DNA of 48,303 bases from positions 1 through 48,303 of the forward strand of contig NW_021834449.1 in the NCBI RefSeq assembly GCF_006345805.1. The letters are read 5' to 3'. Each line of letters begins with the position of its first letter. The stretch's first letter is position 1. Below are positions 12,068 to 25,024 of this stretch, piece after piece. Position numbers and translations under genes: made by a program. A model generated the notes under the pieces. It did no database searches and was not told the DNA's origin. It saw nothing but the letters and a program-made list of their open reading frames with translations. Origin of the DNA: Octopus sinensis. Taxonomy: Eukaryota.

Positions 12068-14237
12068 CTTGCTGTTAACATTGTGACAATAAGTAATACT
12101 AGAAAAGAGGGCAAAAATTGTTTAGTGGGGAAAAGTTACAATGCAGGAATCTTTGATTGGACAAAAGAATAAGGAAGTCGAAATCTCACATTTCTGAAAG
12201 CTGAAAAGCAAAAACTACAGCAATATATTTTTGAAAAATTCTATGTAAAATGAGACCAACCTCACAGCATGGGAAAAGGAGGAACTACAGCACAAAGAAA
12301 CACTGTTAGAAAAATTCTTCACCATAACCACTACTATTTAATAAACTATATTGAAAATGAGTCTTGGAAAGCCATCTTTTCTAGGAGTTTGCAGCATCTT
12401 TTAATTATTTTTATTATTTAATTATCTTTTAATTATTATTCTATGTAGGAAAGAGTAAATGTTGAACAATATCAAATGCGTTGCAATGACCTATGTTTTT
12501 CTTAACTCATTCCCACAAGTAATAAATAATACCTTCAGTGTCCAATGGGGATTAGTATTACACCAACTTTACACAAGGTCACATATGGGAAATAATTGAG
12601 TTACATGACTCAGGTCTTTGCATGACTCAGAGTTAGATGAGCTCAAACCAATCTTTCACACAAAATCAGCCAAAACTGTGAGTTTCCAGTGATACTAAGG
12701 TTAATATGGAAAGAAGAAAAGAGTGACCTTACTGCAAAAAACATATAAGGATATTTGATCAATTATGGCAAAAAAATTGAAGCAGAAACTGAAATTGATG
12801 GCAATGAAAGCTTGTTTAATTATTATCAATGGATACAAAATTTGGTATGCATTGCACATTTCATGGGATCTTGGATTCCATTAAAAATTCTATTTTAGTT
12901 CCAGGAGATTTTCTCAGTACTTTTAAAACAGATATATTTTAGTGCATTTATCATAGATTAAGTACGTAAGTTTAGTAATGGTTGAATCAGTTCAATTTTT
13001 TGAGATAATACAAACTCTAATTCTTTGAAATTCTGGAATACTCTAATCACAAGCTAAATTTTCTCATATCTTTATATGAGATATCCTTATATCTTTAAAA
13101 CCAAGAGTTCCAAAATTAAAACATCTTTTCTGAAGGCTTTCACTGTGAGCTTACACAATTATATATGGTTTAATACTGGGATTTGACAGGTTTTTTTTAT
13201 ATTTACTTTAAAAGCAGGAAAATTTCATTTGCAAATAATGAGTTAAAAACTTATTGAGAATTCAGCAAAATATATTTAGCTATCGTACAGTTCTATATTT
13301 AAGACATGAGGAATTACGTACATTATTTACATTCAACGGATATTTGTCCTCATCCTGTTTGTTGTTAACACAATAACTCAGTAAAAAACTCAATAAAGCC
13401 ATCCATACAGTTCACAATGGAAAAGGAAAAGGACAATCAGCCCGCATTCCTGGATGTATTAATAACACACACCAAGTATGAATTCAGAACATCCATATAC
13501 TGCAAGCCGACCTTTACTGGACGATACCTCAACTTCAATTCCCACCATCCATAAAGTGTAAAGAGAGGGATTCCTCAGTGCCTAAAACATCATGCAAAGA
13601 ATAGAAGTAGTGATTGTGATACACACCACAAAGAAATGATCAAGCTCAATAACGATCTGTAAAGCAACAACTACTCCAAAAGTATACTATCCACTCCAAT
13701 TATGAAGAAGAGAGAAGATGAGGCCAAAAAACTGTCCATAGTCTGTCTACCTATGTGAAAGGCCTCTCCGAAAAGATACAAAAGGTATGCGGCCCATATG
13801 ACATCAGGACAGTATTCAAATGTAATACAACATTTCACAAATATCTCCTTCGAGTAAAACCATCAATAGAAAAGAATATGACCAAAGACTGCGTGTACTC
13901 CATGCCATGCAACAAAGGTGAAACATGCTGCCCCCTCAAAATAAGAGTAGACGAACATCACAAAGCTGTGATACGAGGCGATATTGATAAATTGGGTATA
14001 GCTGATCATGTATGGAAAAATGGAGACCACCTCCCCCTGTGGGGTGAAGTTAAAATAATAGACAGAGAATATCACTGGAAAATATGAAAGCTAAAAGAAG
14101 CAGCACATATGCTAGGACACAACAACCTCCTAAACAGACCAAGTGCAGATATGAGCAGTATATGGGAACCAGTATTAAGGTAGGATAGAAAAATATTAGA
14201 TTTATAGGCCTTAAAATTCACTCCATAATTGCCCACA

Positions 14238-14302
14238 GGCATATGGCATAGTGGTTAAGAGCACAAGCTACTAACTCCAAGATTCCAAGTTCGAATCCAA
14301 GA
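14238..14302 (+). promoter_or_regulatory. tRNA-like Pol III promoter (A box + B box) in the Penelope 3' region
   Basis: A box TGGCATAGTGG at 14244-14254 and B box GTTCGAATCC at 14289-14298, with tRNA-like spacing. Confidence 0.7.
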
Positions 14303-14377
14303 AGTGACCTGAACAATAACAATAATAACATCAAAAAATACCTTAGGAATGAGAACCCAGGTTTGAAATTTCCCCAA

Positions 14378-14423
14378 GACACCTGATGAAGGCTGGAGGG
14401 TATATCAGCTGAAATATTGTGTT
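14378..14423 (+). ncRNA. Minimal type I hammerhead ribozyme motif
   Basis: GACAC-CUGAUGA-A-GGCUG(gaggguauau)CAGCU-GAAA-UAU-U-GUGUU: intact core, stem I GACAC/GUGUU, stem II, and a short palindromic stem III as in Penelope pLTR hammerheads. Confidence 0.75.
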
Positions 14424-14712
14424 AACAACAAACAAGATGAGGACAAATATCCATCGAATGTAAATAATGTTCATTTAGTTGTCATTCTTAATGTTAAAAA
14501 TTTCTTTTAAATTTCATAATTGCCAGTAATTTCATACTTACAGCCTAAAACAAATCAATTTTCATGTTTTGGGTGGGTTCAACACTGTGAACTGAGTTCA
14601 TCTTTCCAGAATAAAAAGCACCAGTCAATCTTTGTGTTACAATTGGCAACAACTGACAAAATGGTGTCAGATAAAAACCACCAAAAGGAAGACAAAAGGA
14701 AACCATGTTTGT

Positions 14713-14924
14713 ACTTTAGCTTTCAAACCAGCCATATTGGGCCCAAATATTCTTCCTGTTTTACCAAACAGATCAGGCTTCTTACACCTATCCTACAATG
14801 TCATTTTAAAAATAAACAATCACACCATTAAAATCTGAGCTATGAGATAATGCATGGTTGATTCAAAACAATGTGAATAAATAAGCATTAAATTTGATAG
14901 CAATCTTGAATGCTAAAGGGTTAA
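14713..14924. mobile_element. piggyBac-like non-autonomous element (MITE)
   Basis: Ends in gctaaagggTTAA; the left end ctttagc resembles the degenerate complement; second partial copy at 6815-6935. Confidence 0.55.
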
Positions 14925-15262
14925 AAAAAGTCCAGGTGTCATTCACTGACCTGATGGCATTAGAAGGAAGGACGTCACTCTTTTGATTCAATTAGTCTTT
15001 ATAATCTCTAATATCATTTACATCAACGTTTTTGATACCTACCTGCCTGAGATTGCCTTCTTTGATGCAAACTTTCTGTTTTAAAGTGATTGTAATTAAA
15101 ACCTATTCAAAAGTTAGTGCTTAATTAATGACAAAGTTATTTATTTAAAATTCTTCATCATTTTGGAAATCTATTAAAGCGAAAGATAGTGTCTTCTACA
15201 GAATTATGGTAACAAAAGAGTTAAAACATTAGCTGTGAAGAATACAAAAGCAGAGACATTAC

Positions 15263-15297
15263 CAAGTAACATTTTCCTTGTTTTCTGAGTTATCCAT
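15263..15297 (-). CDS. TYMS: Thymidylate synthase, first coding exon (exon 15263-15357 including 60 nt of 5'UTR)
   Basis: Acceptor ttttctgtttcAG before 15357; ACAAAATGG start; MDNSENKENVT+TG then GTAATG donor. The phase-2 end joins the phase-2 start of exon 10533 (TG|T = Cys) to give MDNSENKENVTCEMEYL. Confidence 0.8.
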
Positions 15298-18049
15298 TTT
15301 GTTGGTAAAGTAGTGGAAGTAGATGGGAAAAAACTTGACTGATGCTTTAGATGTCAACTGAAACAGAAAATATTTAGCTGTTAAACACTAGAAATTGAAA
15401 GTCAAAACAAAAACTTGAAAAGTCACTCAATTTTCTTTTTAGAATAATTAAAGAGTAATTAGAGAGTTTGTTAGTAGGGTAATTAAAGAGTTTGTCAATA
15501 AAATAATTAGTGAGTTCATTAGTAGGATCATTAGAGATTTTATTAGTAGGATAATAGAAATTTATTTGTAGTAGGTATCACTATGAATTTTTGAAATAAT
15601 TTAAATCTAACTTCTAATGTAATTTTTCTTGGTTAGTATCTAAAAAAAACATCTTGATACCTCATTTGGGAAATTTGGAAATATTACAATTTGAATAGTC
15701 AGTAAATTGGTCAAAATCCTGCCTAATTAATTGGTCTAAATAAATAATTAACCATATTAGTGATGTAATCTCTTTGAAAACAAGGTGATAATCATCTTTA
15801 AATTAAACAATTTAATAGTGCCCATAGGATAGCAGTTACCTATTTCTTTTCAAATTTTTGAAAAGGAATTTTTTAAATATTTATGTAAAGCCTATTTTGT
15901 TACATGTAACAAACTGTCTATTTTGCTGTTTTCAGACCTAACTAAATCCAAAAGTACACAGATACTTGAGTTTTGGCACATTTGTAGTTGATATAGAACT
16001 AACTAAATCTCAAGATTTTGGGATGATACCTTTCAGTAAACTTTTAATGGACTATTAAAAATGGCTATAAACAGTGGAGTTTCAGATCAATAAGCCCACA
16101 TAAGTTGAATTTTCTCCATTTTGACAAGGATTTTTCCAATTTTTTTCACCATGGCCTTGGAAATGATGGAAGGGAAGCATTTAATGAAAAACAATTTTTG
16201 AAAATTTTTTTTTTTTTTTCAAACTGATTTTGGCCAGATCTTTTTACACTACACACTTAAAAACAATGGGTGAAACCTTTTCAATAAAACAAAAGAAATT
16301 TTGAAAATATTTTCAGATGAAAAGATGTGATTTAAGGGAGATTTAGCTGCTGTTTCTAGCACATCCTACAACCACCTAGTACCTTTCTCAGAATTGCATA
16401 TTAAAATTGCAGACTTGCAAGATTAAAAAATAAACTCAATGAGAAAACTAATGCTTTGCTTTAGCTTTAAAAACATGTAACTTATAGCAAACTCATTAAT
16501 AGGAGAGAAAAAAAAACACCCAAAACAAATCAGCACTACTTGTGAAAATATAAACACTAACCACAAATTATCCAACTGTATTCAAAATTGGAAAAAGAAC
16601 ATCATATTGGACTTAAATAGTTTGCAAAATAACATTCACTGTACTAATTTTTGTTGGTAAAATTTGACCAATATTTTTCAAAGAAAAACAAAATTTACAT
16701 GTACAAGAATATCTGCTAGGTAAAATTCAGACCTTGCTCTCCACATGTCAAAACTGTGAGAGGGAAGAAACAAAATTCTGAATACAACAATTCCATGCTA
16801 ATTTTGGGCTACAGAAGACTCAATTTAGTGCATTTTTTTCCATAGAAATATATGTTTACTAAGCAGTTAATTCATTCATTTCTTGAAATTCGGATTCAAA
16901 ATTCAATATCTGAAGCTTTGAATTCATGCTTCATTTCAGCTCTCACTACATAGGAACATGTCAGTTTGACAAGTAGCTTCAGTATGCGCTAATCCTATAC
17001 AAGCAGCTGTGGTATTCCCTTTTTTATTGACTCTGCACTTTAGCTCCATCTTGTTGCCAGATTCAGCAATGGCTATATTGAACCACAAGAAAATTTTCTC
17101 TTATGGTATAAAATTTTTTATATTTCATAACAAAAGAAAGCAAAAAGAGTCTTCTTCGTGACCATCAAACTAAGTTATAGTGCTCCAGCAATTTGATCTA
17201 GAACAAGGGCTACTGCTCAGTAGTAAAAAGACAAAAACAGTACAAACATTGTGAATAAGTGAAAATACCAGGGTGGTTGAAGAAATTTGGCGTGATATTT
17301 GTCAGATTTTGATCAAAAGTATATGAGACTTCACATACAGTATTTTCAAATACCATATAATTGTCCATGGGAAAAAAACGTATTTTGACATGAGAATGAT
17401 CCAGTAAAAAGTGGGTTTCAAATTGCTTGTCTCCCTTCTACAGAGCTCTATAATGATACCTATTAGCAAAATTAGAGTTATTTTACTCAGAATTCATGAG
17501 TTAGAGTTTTTCATGGCTAATAAACAGTTATAATGATATAGGCCTCCCAAGTATGAGTGAACCTTCATTGAAGTTGTGGATATATATGGCCCAGTTAAAA
17601 TCAATGATGTTAAACAAGTCATGCTTATATCAAATGGAGAAATAGATCTTTTTTTAACCCAAGGTGACTGGTCACAGAGGATTAGTTTCCTATTCTAGCA
17701 TATTCTATTGCCCTATTTCATACGTAGTTAAATACTGCTAGTTAAATCAATATTAACAATATCTATCACACAATTTACACTAAACTTCTAGTAAATTCCT
17801 CCAAAGGTTCATAACACATTGTTCTTTTAACCTTAAATTATCTTACATTTTCTTTTTAATATATTCTGTGAAAGTTTGGTTTTGTTGGGTGAATTATGAC
17901 TAACACACAAGAATGGCCTACCAGTAACAACACATTTCTCCAAAACTCTTTATTTTTTTTTTTTTTTGAAAAAGGGGATCTTCCTTGAAATATTAATCAT
18001 TAAGCAACCTATGCAAGGTAATACAACCTCTTTTCTTTGTTTTCATTTA

Positions 18050-21000
18050 GTGATATCATCATCCTCATTCAACGTTCACTTTCCATGCTTGCATGGGTTA
18101 GACAGTCTGACTGGAATTGGTAAGCTGAAGAGCTGCACCAGGTTCCAGTCTCAATGCCCTTCCTAATACCAGCCACTCCTTGAGTATACCGGGTGCCTTT
18201 TATGTGTCACCAGCATAGATCTTTCCACAGCTGTCCTCATTCATACGCATCACATGACCATACCAGTGCAGTGGTCTGCATTGCGTGCATCTGATGACCA
18301 AGCCACTTACACTCTGTTATTGCACATCCAGCAGCAAAAACTAGATTCGTTTCTTTCAAGCCTTCACATGTTTTCTGCAGTCATAGCTCAGGTTTCACCA
18401 CCATGTAGCATGACTTCATACACAGGCATCATACAATCTGCCTTTCACTCTGAGGGAGAGGCCCTTTCTTAACATCAAAGGTAGAAGCTCTCTGAACTTT
18501 GTCCAGCCTATTCTTATTCTAGCAGCTACACTCTCAGAGCATCTGCCTCCACCACTGACTTGGTCATGTAGATAACAGAAGCTATCAACTACTTCCAGAT
18601 ATTTGACTTGGCATTTGATGGAGTCTATTTTCAGTATATTTCTAGTGTTCTTTGAACCTGTGTATTTGGCCAACACAAAGACTATTTTCCCTGTTAATTT
18701 TCCTCTGATATTGCTGCACCTCTTATGTGTCTATAGCTTGTACCAGGTACACCATAATGAGTTTCTACCTTTGACCTTTCTACATATCAATCAGGGCCAT
18801 CTACCTGAAGGGGTTTGTGATTTGTCTGCTTTCCTACAGACAAATCACAAACTTTGGTCTTTGCTAAATTAACTTTTCTAAGGCCCTTTGATTCCAGACC
18901 TTGCTTCCACACACCTGAAATTTTTTCTTCAGTTCTGATAGTGATTCAGCCGTAAGAACAAAGTCATCAGCATAGAGGACCTCCCAAGAGGAATTTTCTG
19001 GAGGACTATGATGAACAAGAGGGGGCTAAGGACCGATCCTTGGTGAACTATTTGTACACTGAATTCATTGCTATACTCATTGCCAACCCTCACCTTACTG
19101 ACAGCATCTTTGTATATGGTTTGTACAGCTCTCACCAACTAATCACCTATCCCTTGTTTTTGCATTGACCACCAGATAAGGGAGCAGGGAACCCTGTTGA
19201 AAGCTTTCTCCGTGTAAGTAAAAGTCAAATACAGAGGTTTATTTTTGGCTGGGTTATTCTCCTACAGCTGCATTACCAGGTATATTGCATCAGTGGTGCT
19301 TCTCCTCTTCTTAATTATTTAAGCAGTGACTCTCTCTGTAACTTTCATCACCTGATCCAACAATACTTCTGTAATTATTTCTGCCTAAGGTGTCGCCTTT
19401 GCAGCAGTTGACTATGGTGCTGCTACACCAGTCATTGTGTATGGCTACTGATTAAGTATATGGGTGACAAGACCATAGGCCATACTGCCAGATATTTTAA
19501 GCATCTCAACATTGATCCCTAATGGGTCAGGGGCTTTTCCTAGTCTTCATGGCTTTATCTAACAAGCTACTGTATTCAGATAACTGGTCCTCTGTTAGAT
19601 TCACATCAGGCAGACTCACCTTCTATGAGTTTTCTGCATTTAACAGCCTTTCATAGTGGCACTTCCAAGCCTCTTCCTTTGCACAGTCACTAACTGCAAG
19701 TGAACCATCATCCATGCGCACGCACTTCTCTCCAACAACATCACAATTTTCCCTGACACACTGTCCTGAAAGCCAAAACACTTCAAGCCACTGGTCCTCA
19801 CACCACAGAACATTAACAAACTTTCTCCTTTCTACTTCAACCCTTGCAAGGTATACCTGCCTCCTAGCTTCCCTTCTAGCTACCTGATATAGTTACTACC
19901 ACTCATTCAGTCCTGATTCTATGCTTTAATGGCCCTGTCAACTACACTGTTCCAATACCAATGCACTCTAGCTCTGGTTGGGACTTTGCCCCAACCACAA
20001 ATTTTAAAGTTGTTGTAGGGGGGGGGGGCTGTCATTGAAGAAGGTGCGATGTACATGAGGAATGTTTGAAGGATCTTGGTAATAGGAAGTTCGCTAGCGG
20101 TCCCCAGCCGCAAGTATATCCCTGTTGGGAGAACATCTTGTTTGCCGTAGATTTTCCACAGACGTAGGGACAGGACGGGTTGAAGCCGCCGGTTGCCAGA
20201 TCAGACGCTTCTGTTCACCAGAGCCCCGTTAGCCAGGTGCGGCCTTGATACTTCTGGGTGTCAGAACAATCCACCTTGAGTGGCCCTACCAGAAACCAAA
20301 GTCTCCAACAACATAGCTCTGTGCACTGAATCAATCCCACTCACTAAGCAACAGCAGCCATAATCCAAAAAGAAGAACAAGTCAACATCATCAGTAACCA
20401 CTGAGCCGCAGGTTTTATGTCGGAGTTATCCCAGTTACCTGAGTTGCCTTCTCCTAGAAAGATGCCCTAACAAAGGCTAGGGGTCCTTCACTCCCAATGG
20501 TTTAACCGCACAATCAGGTATTCAGTCCAATTATTTCTATTAAACTGGATAAGATTGATATAAGGAGAAAAATAAAAGAAGACATACGATATAAAAAAAC
20601 AAAACATTGATATACAAAATACATATAAAATATATGATGTGAAGTATATAAAAATTTATATAATGAGCAAGCTATAAAATTATACAATATATAAAAATTA
20701 GTGAGAAAAAGTAAATCTATAATTACACATTTATTGGATGGCCATTGACTCTCAAGAGTTCCTCTGCCCTTTGACGGGTTTTGTTTTTCATCCCACAGGG
20801 TGTCCAATAAACACCCTCCTCACCAAGGAAGCTTGGTGGGGTTGCCGGTTTAGTTGCTGACGGCCCGACCATGCAACAGATTGTACTGGGTTACATGTTA
20901 TCAGTAGCACTCAAAAGTGACCTGCATTCAACTCAGTCAATCGTGACACCCTCTGGAAGGTTATGCAGGCAGATGGTATCCCACCTAAACTTCTCAATCT

Positions 21001-22510
21001 TATCAAAGCTTATTACCGCTCAACAAGATCCCACGTACGCGGTACGGTGAAGTGTCGGAACCCTTTGAAATACACCATCGACTGGATTACCACAAATGCA
21101 TTAAGGGAGTTCCCCGGTGTCACTGTTGGCCACAACTTTTCCGTCAAGAATCTAGACTACGCAGATGACATTGCAATACTTGGCAAAACATTTGCTGACG
21201 TCCAGTTTGCTATCAATGAGCTCCAGCGTGTTGCATCGCAGATTGGTATGAAAGTCAATGCCTCGAAGACCAAAATCCTCACAACCGGCTTCACCCCACC
21301 AGACAAAACACCCATTGTCTTCAATGGTGATATTCTTGAAGAGGTTGAGAGTTTCAAATACCTTGGCACCATCATTACAGCTACAGGTCAAAGTGAGGCT
21401 GACATTAAAACACAAATCGACCTTGCTCGCCAAGCCTTCAACTGACTCAATGCACGACTCTGGTCAAGATCTGAGGTCTGATGCACCACCAAAGTACGGA
21501 TCTACCAAGCACTAATGCGAACAATTCTCCTTTACAGCAGCGAGTCATAGCCGATGAGGGTGGAAGATATTAAGCGACTAGAATCCTTCAATCACCTCTG
21601 TCTACGTCGCATCCTTCGTGTCCGATGGCACACTTTGTTTCCAACAATTCAGTGCGACACCTGTGCAAAATCACCTCCCTCCAACAAGTCATCCTAACAA
21701 GACGTCTGCGTTGGCTGGGTCATGCCCTCCGTCGTCAACCAGGAGAATTCATCCACGAAGTAATTTCCCCAGCTCCCCTTCAGGGTTGGCGAAAGCGATG
21801 TGGTGGACAATGTAAAACCTGGCTGATGACAGTCAAGGCTGATCTGGAACTCAACCTAGGACCCCATATCTACGGCATTCACCGATGGAATAAGGAATGG
21901 TTGAAGATCATGCAGTCGTTAGTCTCAGATCGCCAGGTCTGGTCAGCATTTGTGAGAAGATGCAGCATTGAAAATGAATGAAGCCAGCACAACCCACCCA
22001 GGTGAATGCTGTCTCAAGACAAGAAAAGAACCACAAATTTGGTCTGTGGCTCTCATTAAGTTGTTTCATAGGAACTTCCAGTTATCTTCTATGTTACAGG
22101 TCTGTAACTCCTCATTAAATGCATCAGTTAGGACGTCTCTAAATCTCTGACTATTCAGAGAATCCTTAAGCTTACTGGTCCTTTATTTTCAAACTGGCTT
22201 GTTTCTTGGAATCCTTTTTGTCTGTAGTTTGAAATCAATAATGACTAATCTATGCTGAAGGGTACATTCTTCACCAGGGAAGGTCTTGGAATTTATGACC
22301 AACCATGAATCTCGTTTTCTGGTGAGAATGTAGTCAATCTGGCTAGCATGGTCACTAGATTTATAGGTTATCAGGTGATTGGCTGGTTTCCTCAAGTTGG
22401 TGTGGCAGATTAGGTCATTTGCATCACAGAACTCCAGCATCTTTGTTTCCTCCTCATTATGAGAACCAATTCCATGGCCACCATGTACTCCATGGGCATA
22501 AACAGTATAT
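18050..22510 (-). mobile_element. RTE LINE (endonuclease remnant, RT, 3' (GAT)n tail), interrupted by a nested LINE
   Basis: EN fragment ..SQIDYIL..QHRLVIIDF (22189-22500). ATDQICG/ICGWGKVP continues across the insertion. RT motifs VHQGSVLSPLLFIIVL and YLEVVDSFCYLHD. The 3' end reads atcatcatcctcattcaacgttcac at 18055. Confidence 0.88.
20005..22028 (+). mobile_element. Second RTE-clade LINE (internally deleted), nested, with 12-bp TSD AACCACAAATTT
   Basis: TSD at 19993-20004 and 22029-22040. RT motifs AFNSVNRDTLW, LDYADDIAIL, FKYLGTII and RRLRWLGH; caag-type 3' tail. Confidence 0.85.
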
Positions 22511-22651
22511 TGACCAAAAATATCCACTTTCCTAAAAGTTACGAGGGAAAAAATTGGATCTTGTAAATTTTCCAAAAATTTGTTGGTGTAAATAGAAAGA
22601 CTTCCTTTTGTACCCACCCCCACTCCATAAAATTTTCTTTTTAAATATTAC

Positions 22652-22725
22652 ACAGGAGTGGCTGTGTAGTAAGTAGCCTGCTAACCAACCACATGGTTGC
22701 GGGTTCGGTCCCACTGCATGACACG
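22652..22725 (+). mobile_element. SINE tRNA-head fragment
   Basis: ggagtggctgtgtagtaagtagc..gggttcggtcccactgc. Confidence 0.8.
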
Positions 22726-22733
22726 TGTATATG

Positions 22734-22774
<41 letters not shown>

Positions 22775-23439
22775 AGATATAGTAAGCCCCTTCATCTCAC
22801 AATGATGCATTTTTGTAGATTCATAGACCATGTTTACTATTTAGATATATGTTAATTAAATAATAGTTTAAAAGTAGCAGGAAGGAGAGTGTGAGTACTT
22901 CGCTGGACTTTGCAATGTCAAGCCATAATTAAGACGTTGTAGGGTAATGGAGCCATCGGTGAATTGTATATTTTCCTTTAAGTTACCATCAAGTTATTTT
23001 TTTTTTAATTTTATTTTGTAAATTTTTAAAAGTTATCTTTTGTATCACTTGTAAATTTTGCAGTTCGTAATTGGTACTATAGCTTTTATTCGAAAATATT
23101 TATTCGTCCTTGCCTCCGTGTTTATTAATTTTTATTCATGTATATTTTTCTTGCCATCCCTTTTATTTTTATTCGTATATATTTTTTTCTTGCCATTCCT
23201 TTTATTTATATTCATATGTATTTTTTGCCATTCCTTTCATTTTTTTATTCCGTTCATTTTATTTTATATTATCACAAGTATATATTTTATTTTTAACCCT
23301 GTATATTACTAACATAGTTTTTGTAAATTTTTTGTATATTTTTTTTGCATTTTCATTTTTTTATTTTTTATTTCTTACTTTATTTTTGCAATTTTTATTT
23401 TTGTAACTTTTTATTTGAATTTTTATCTGGATTATGGCC

Positions 23440-24480
23440 TGTACTGTAGGGTCCAGCAAACCTAATTTAAACGTACCTATTTTACACATACTTAAGGGTT
23501 TTAAAAAATTAAAATATAGTTTATAGTATTGAACGATGATAGTGATATAAGGGCCTGATGATTGGGGTTATATTTTAAGAAGGGTTCCAGCAAAACACGG
23601 AGTGGTTTAGGAACTGGGGAATGTACCTCATGAAACACGTGTAGCCAAGTTATAAAACAGTAGGTATTTAAAATAAAAATTCTTTTTTATATGGTGAGAT
23701 GAAGGGCCTACTATCTCTAAATTAAAATATATATTTCTTCATTGAGAATAATTTGAACCTCTGTTATGCCGGAATTTTTATTCCCTAACAAATTAAATTT
23801 AAATTATATATATATATATATATATATATACACTCAGCCATTCATACAACTCCTACATCAAACGGACAATACATATACCTATTTCCATTTCGTTTGTCAA
23901 CATTATAAAGTGGGTAGATATACTGGATCTTGATAGTATAAATCTTTCAAACGAAAAATGAATGAAAATTGCTCAAATAATATAGAATTTTCTACTTGAA
24001 AAAAATATAAATCAATTGAAATAAGTAACCTAGTATATAAACTGAATACAATAAATGGAAATAGTAAACAGATCACAAATAAGTATAAAACGGTTAAGCC
24101 AGATAAAATAAATATAAATAATATAAAAATCTCTCCCACAAGGAAAAAAACCTAATAAACATAAATATAAGACTATAGTGAATAACGAGTCTCTAAAGAA
24201 TACAGATAACATTAATCTTTCCCACCCTTACTCAAATAAAAAATTCAAAAGAAAAAATGTTATATGGTTAAATATCCCCTTCAACTGGGCGATTTCTACG
24301 AACATATATGGCAAATTTATGTCTATACTAGAAAAAAACTTCCCTACTTCCCATAAATATTATAAAATAATTTCTAATAAATCAGTAAGAATATCATACT
24401 CTACTCTTCCAAATATGGGTACCATAATAGCTAGACTTAATAGAGAAAATATCAAGTTAGCTAGAAATGGAATAAATAGT
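23440..24480 (+). mobile_element. Highly AT-rich, decayed Penelope-like element (RT C-terminus/linker)
   Basis: ORF 24178-24711 contains KRKNVIWLNIPFNWAISTNIYGKFMSILEKNFPTSHKYYKIISNKSVRISYSTLPNMGTII, the RNIIWFNPP..KISYSCMPN motif of Penelope-like elements. Upstream similarity is weak and the boundaries are approximate. Confidence 0.7.
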
Positions 24481-24630
24481 AGCAACAATAATAATGATAA
24501 TAATAATAACAATAATAATGATGATAATAATAATAGTAATAATAATAATAATAATGATGATGATGGTGGTAATAATAATAATAACATTAATATAAATAAT
24601 AATGATAATATTAATGATATAAATGATAAA
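24478..24630. repeat. (AAT)n/(GAT)n trinucleotide microsatellite
   Basis: Direct reading; gives the poly-Asn tail of ORF 24178. Confidence 0.9.
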
Positions 24631-24637
24631 AATAAAG

Positions 24638-24783
24638 ATGTGGCTGTGTGCTCAGAAGCTTGCTTCCCAACCACAAGGTTCTGGGTTCAATCCCACTGCA
24701 TGGCACCTTGAGCTACTGTAGCCTTGGGCCAACCAAAGCCATGTCAGTGGATTTGGTTAACAAAAACTGAAAGAAGTCTGTCC
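24638..24783 (+). mobile_element. SINE 5' fragment
   Basis: gtggctgtgtg..ggttctgggttcaatcccactgcatggcaccttg..gattTggttaac..aactgaaagaag. Confidence 0.8.
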
Positions 24784-25024
24784 TATATATATATAAATCA
24801 AATTAGAGATAAAACTACTATTAGGCAAATCAAACAGTGAAAAACATAAACCAAAACATAAAAATAAAAATAATTAATATAATATACAAAATATATAAAA
24901 TATAAAATTTAAAATTAAAATTAATAATTTATATTTATAAATTAAAAAAAAAATTTTTTTTTAATAATAAATATATATAACTATCAAAAAGTATTAAAAA
25001 GTTTAATATAAGATAAAAAGTAAA

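Larger units (their letters stand above)
13320..14470 (+). mobile_element. 5'-truncated Penelope-like element (RT C-terminus + GIY-YIG) with inverted partial pLTR
   Basis: IKPSIQFTMEKEKDNQPAFLDVLI..YCKPTFTGRYLNFNSHHP (RT thumb), then KDCVYSMPC..GETCCPLKIRVDEH..IADHVW..VKIIDRE (GIY-YIG). Segment 13320-13375 is the inverted copy of 14415-14470. Confidence 0.9.

Noticed and set aside
14238-14310. A functional tRNA gene
   Set aside because: The acceptor and anticodon stems do not pair properly, so it is retained only as a tRNA-derived promoter.
10534-18000. Possible DHFR-TS bifunctional fusion, suggested because the TS exon starts with a splice acceptor
   Set aside because: A phase-compatible ATG exon at 15263-15297 explains the acceptor, and I found no DHFR motifs upstream.
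24178-24711. 177-aa ORF with poly-Asn as a host gene
   Set aside because: It is a Penelope linker fragment running into an (AAT)n microsatellite and then a SINE.
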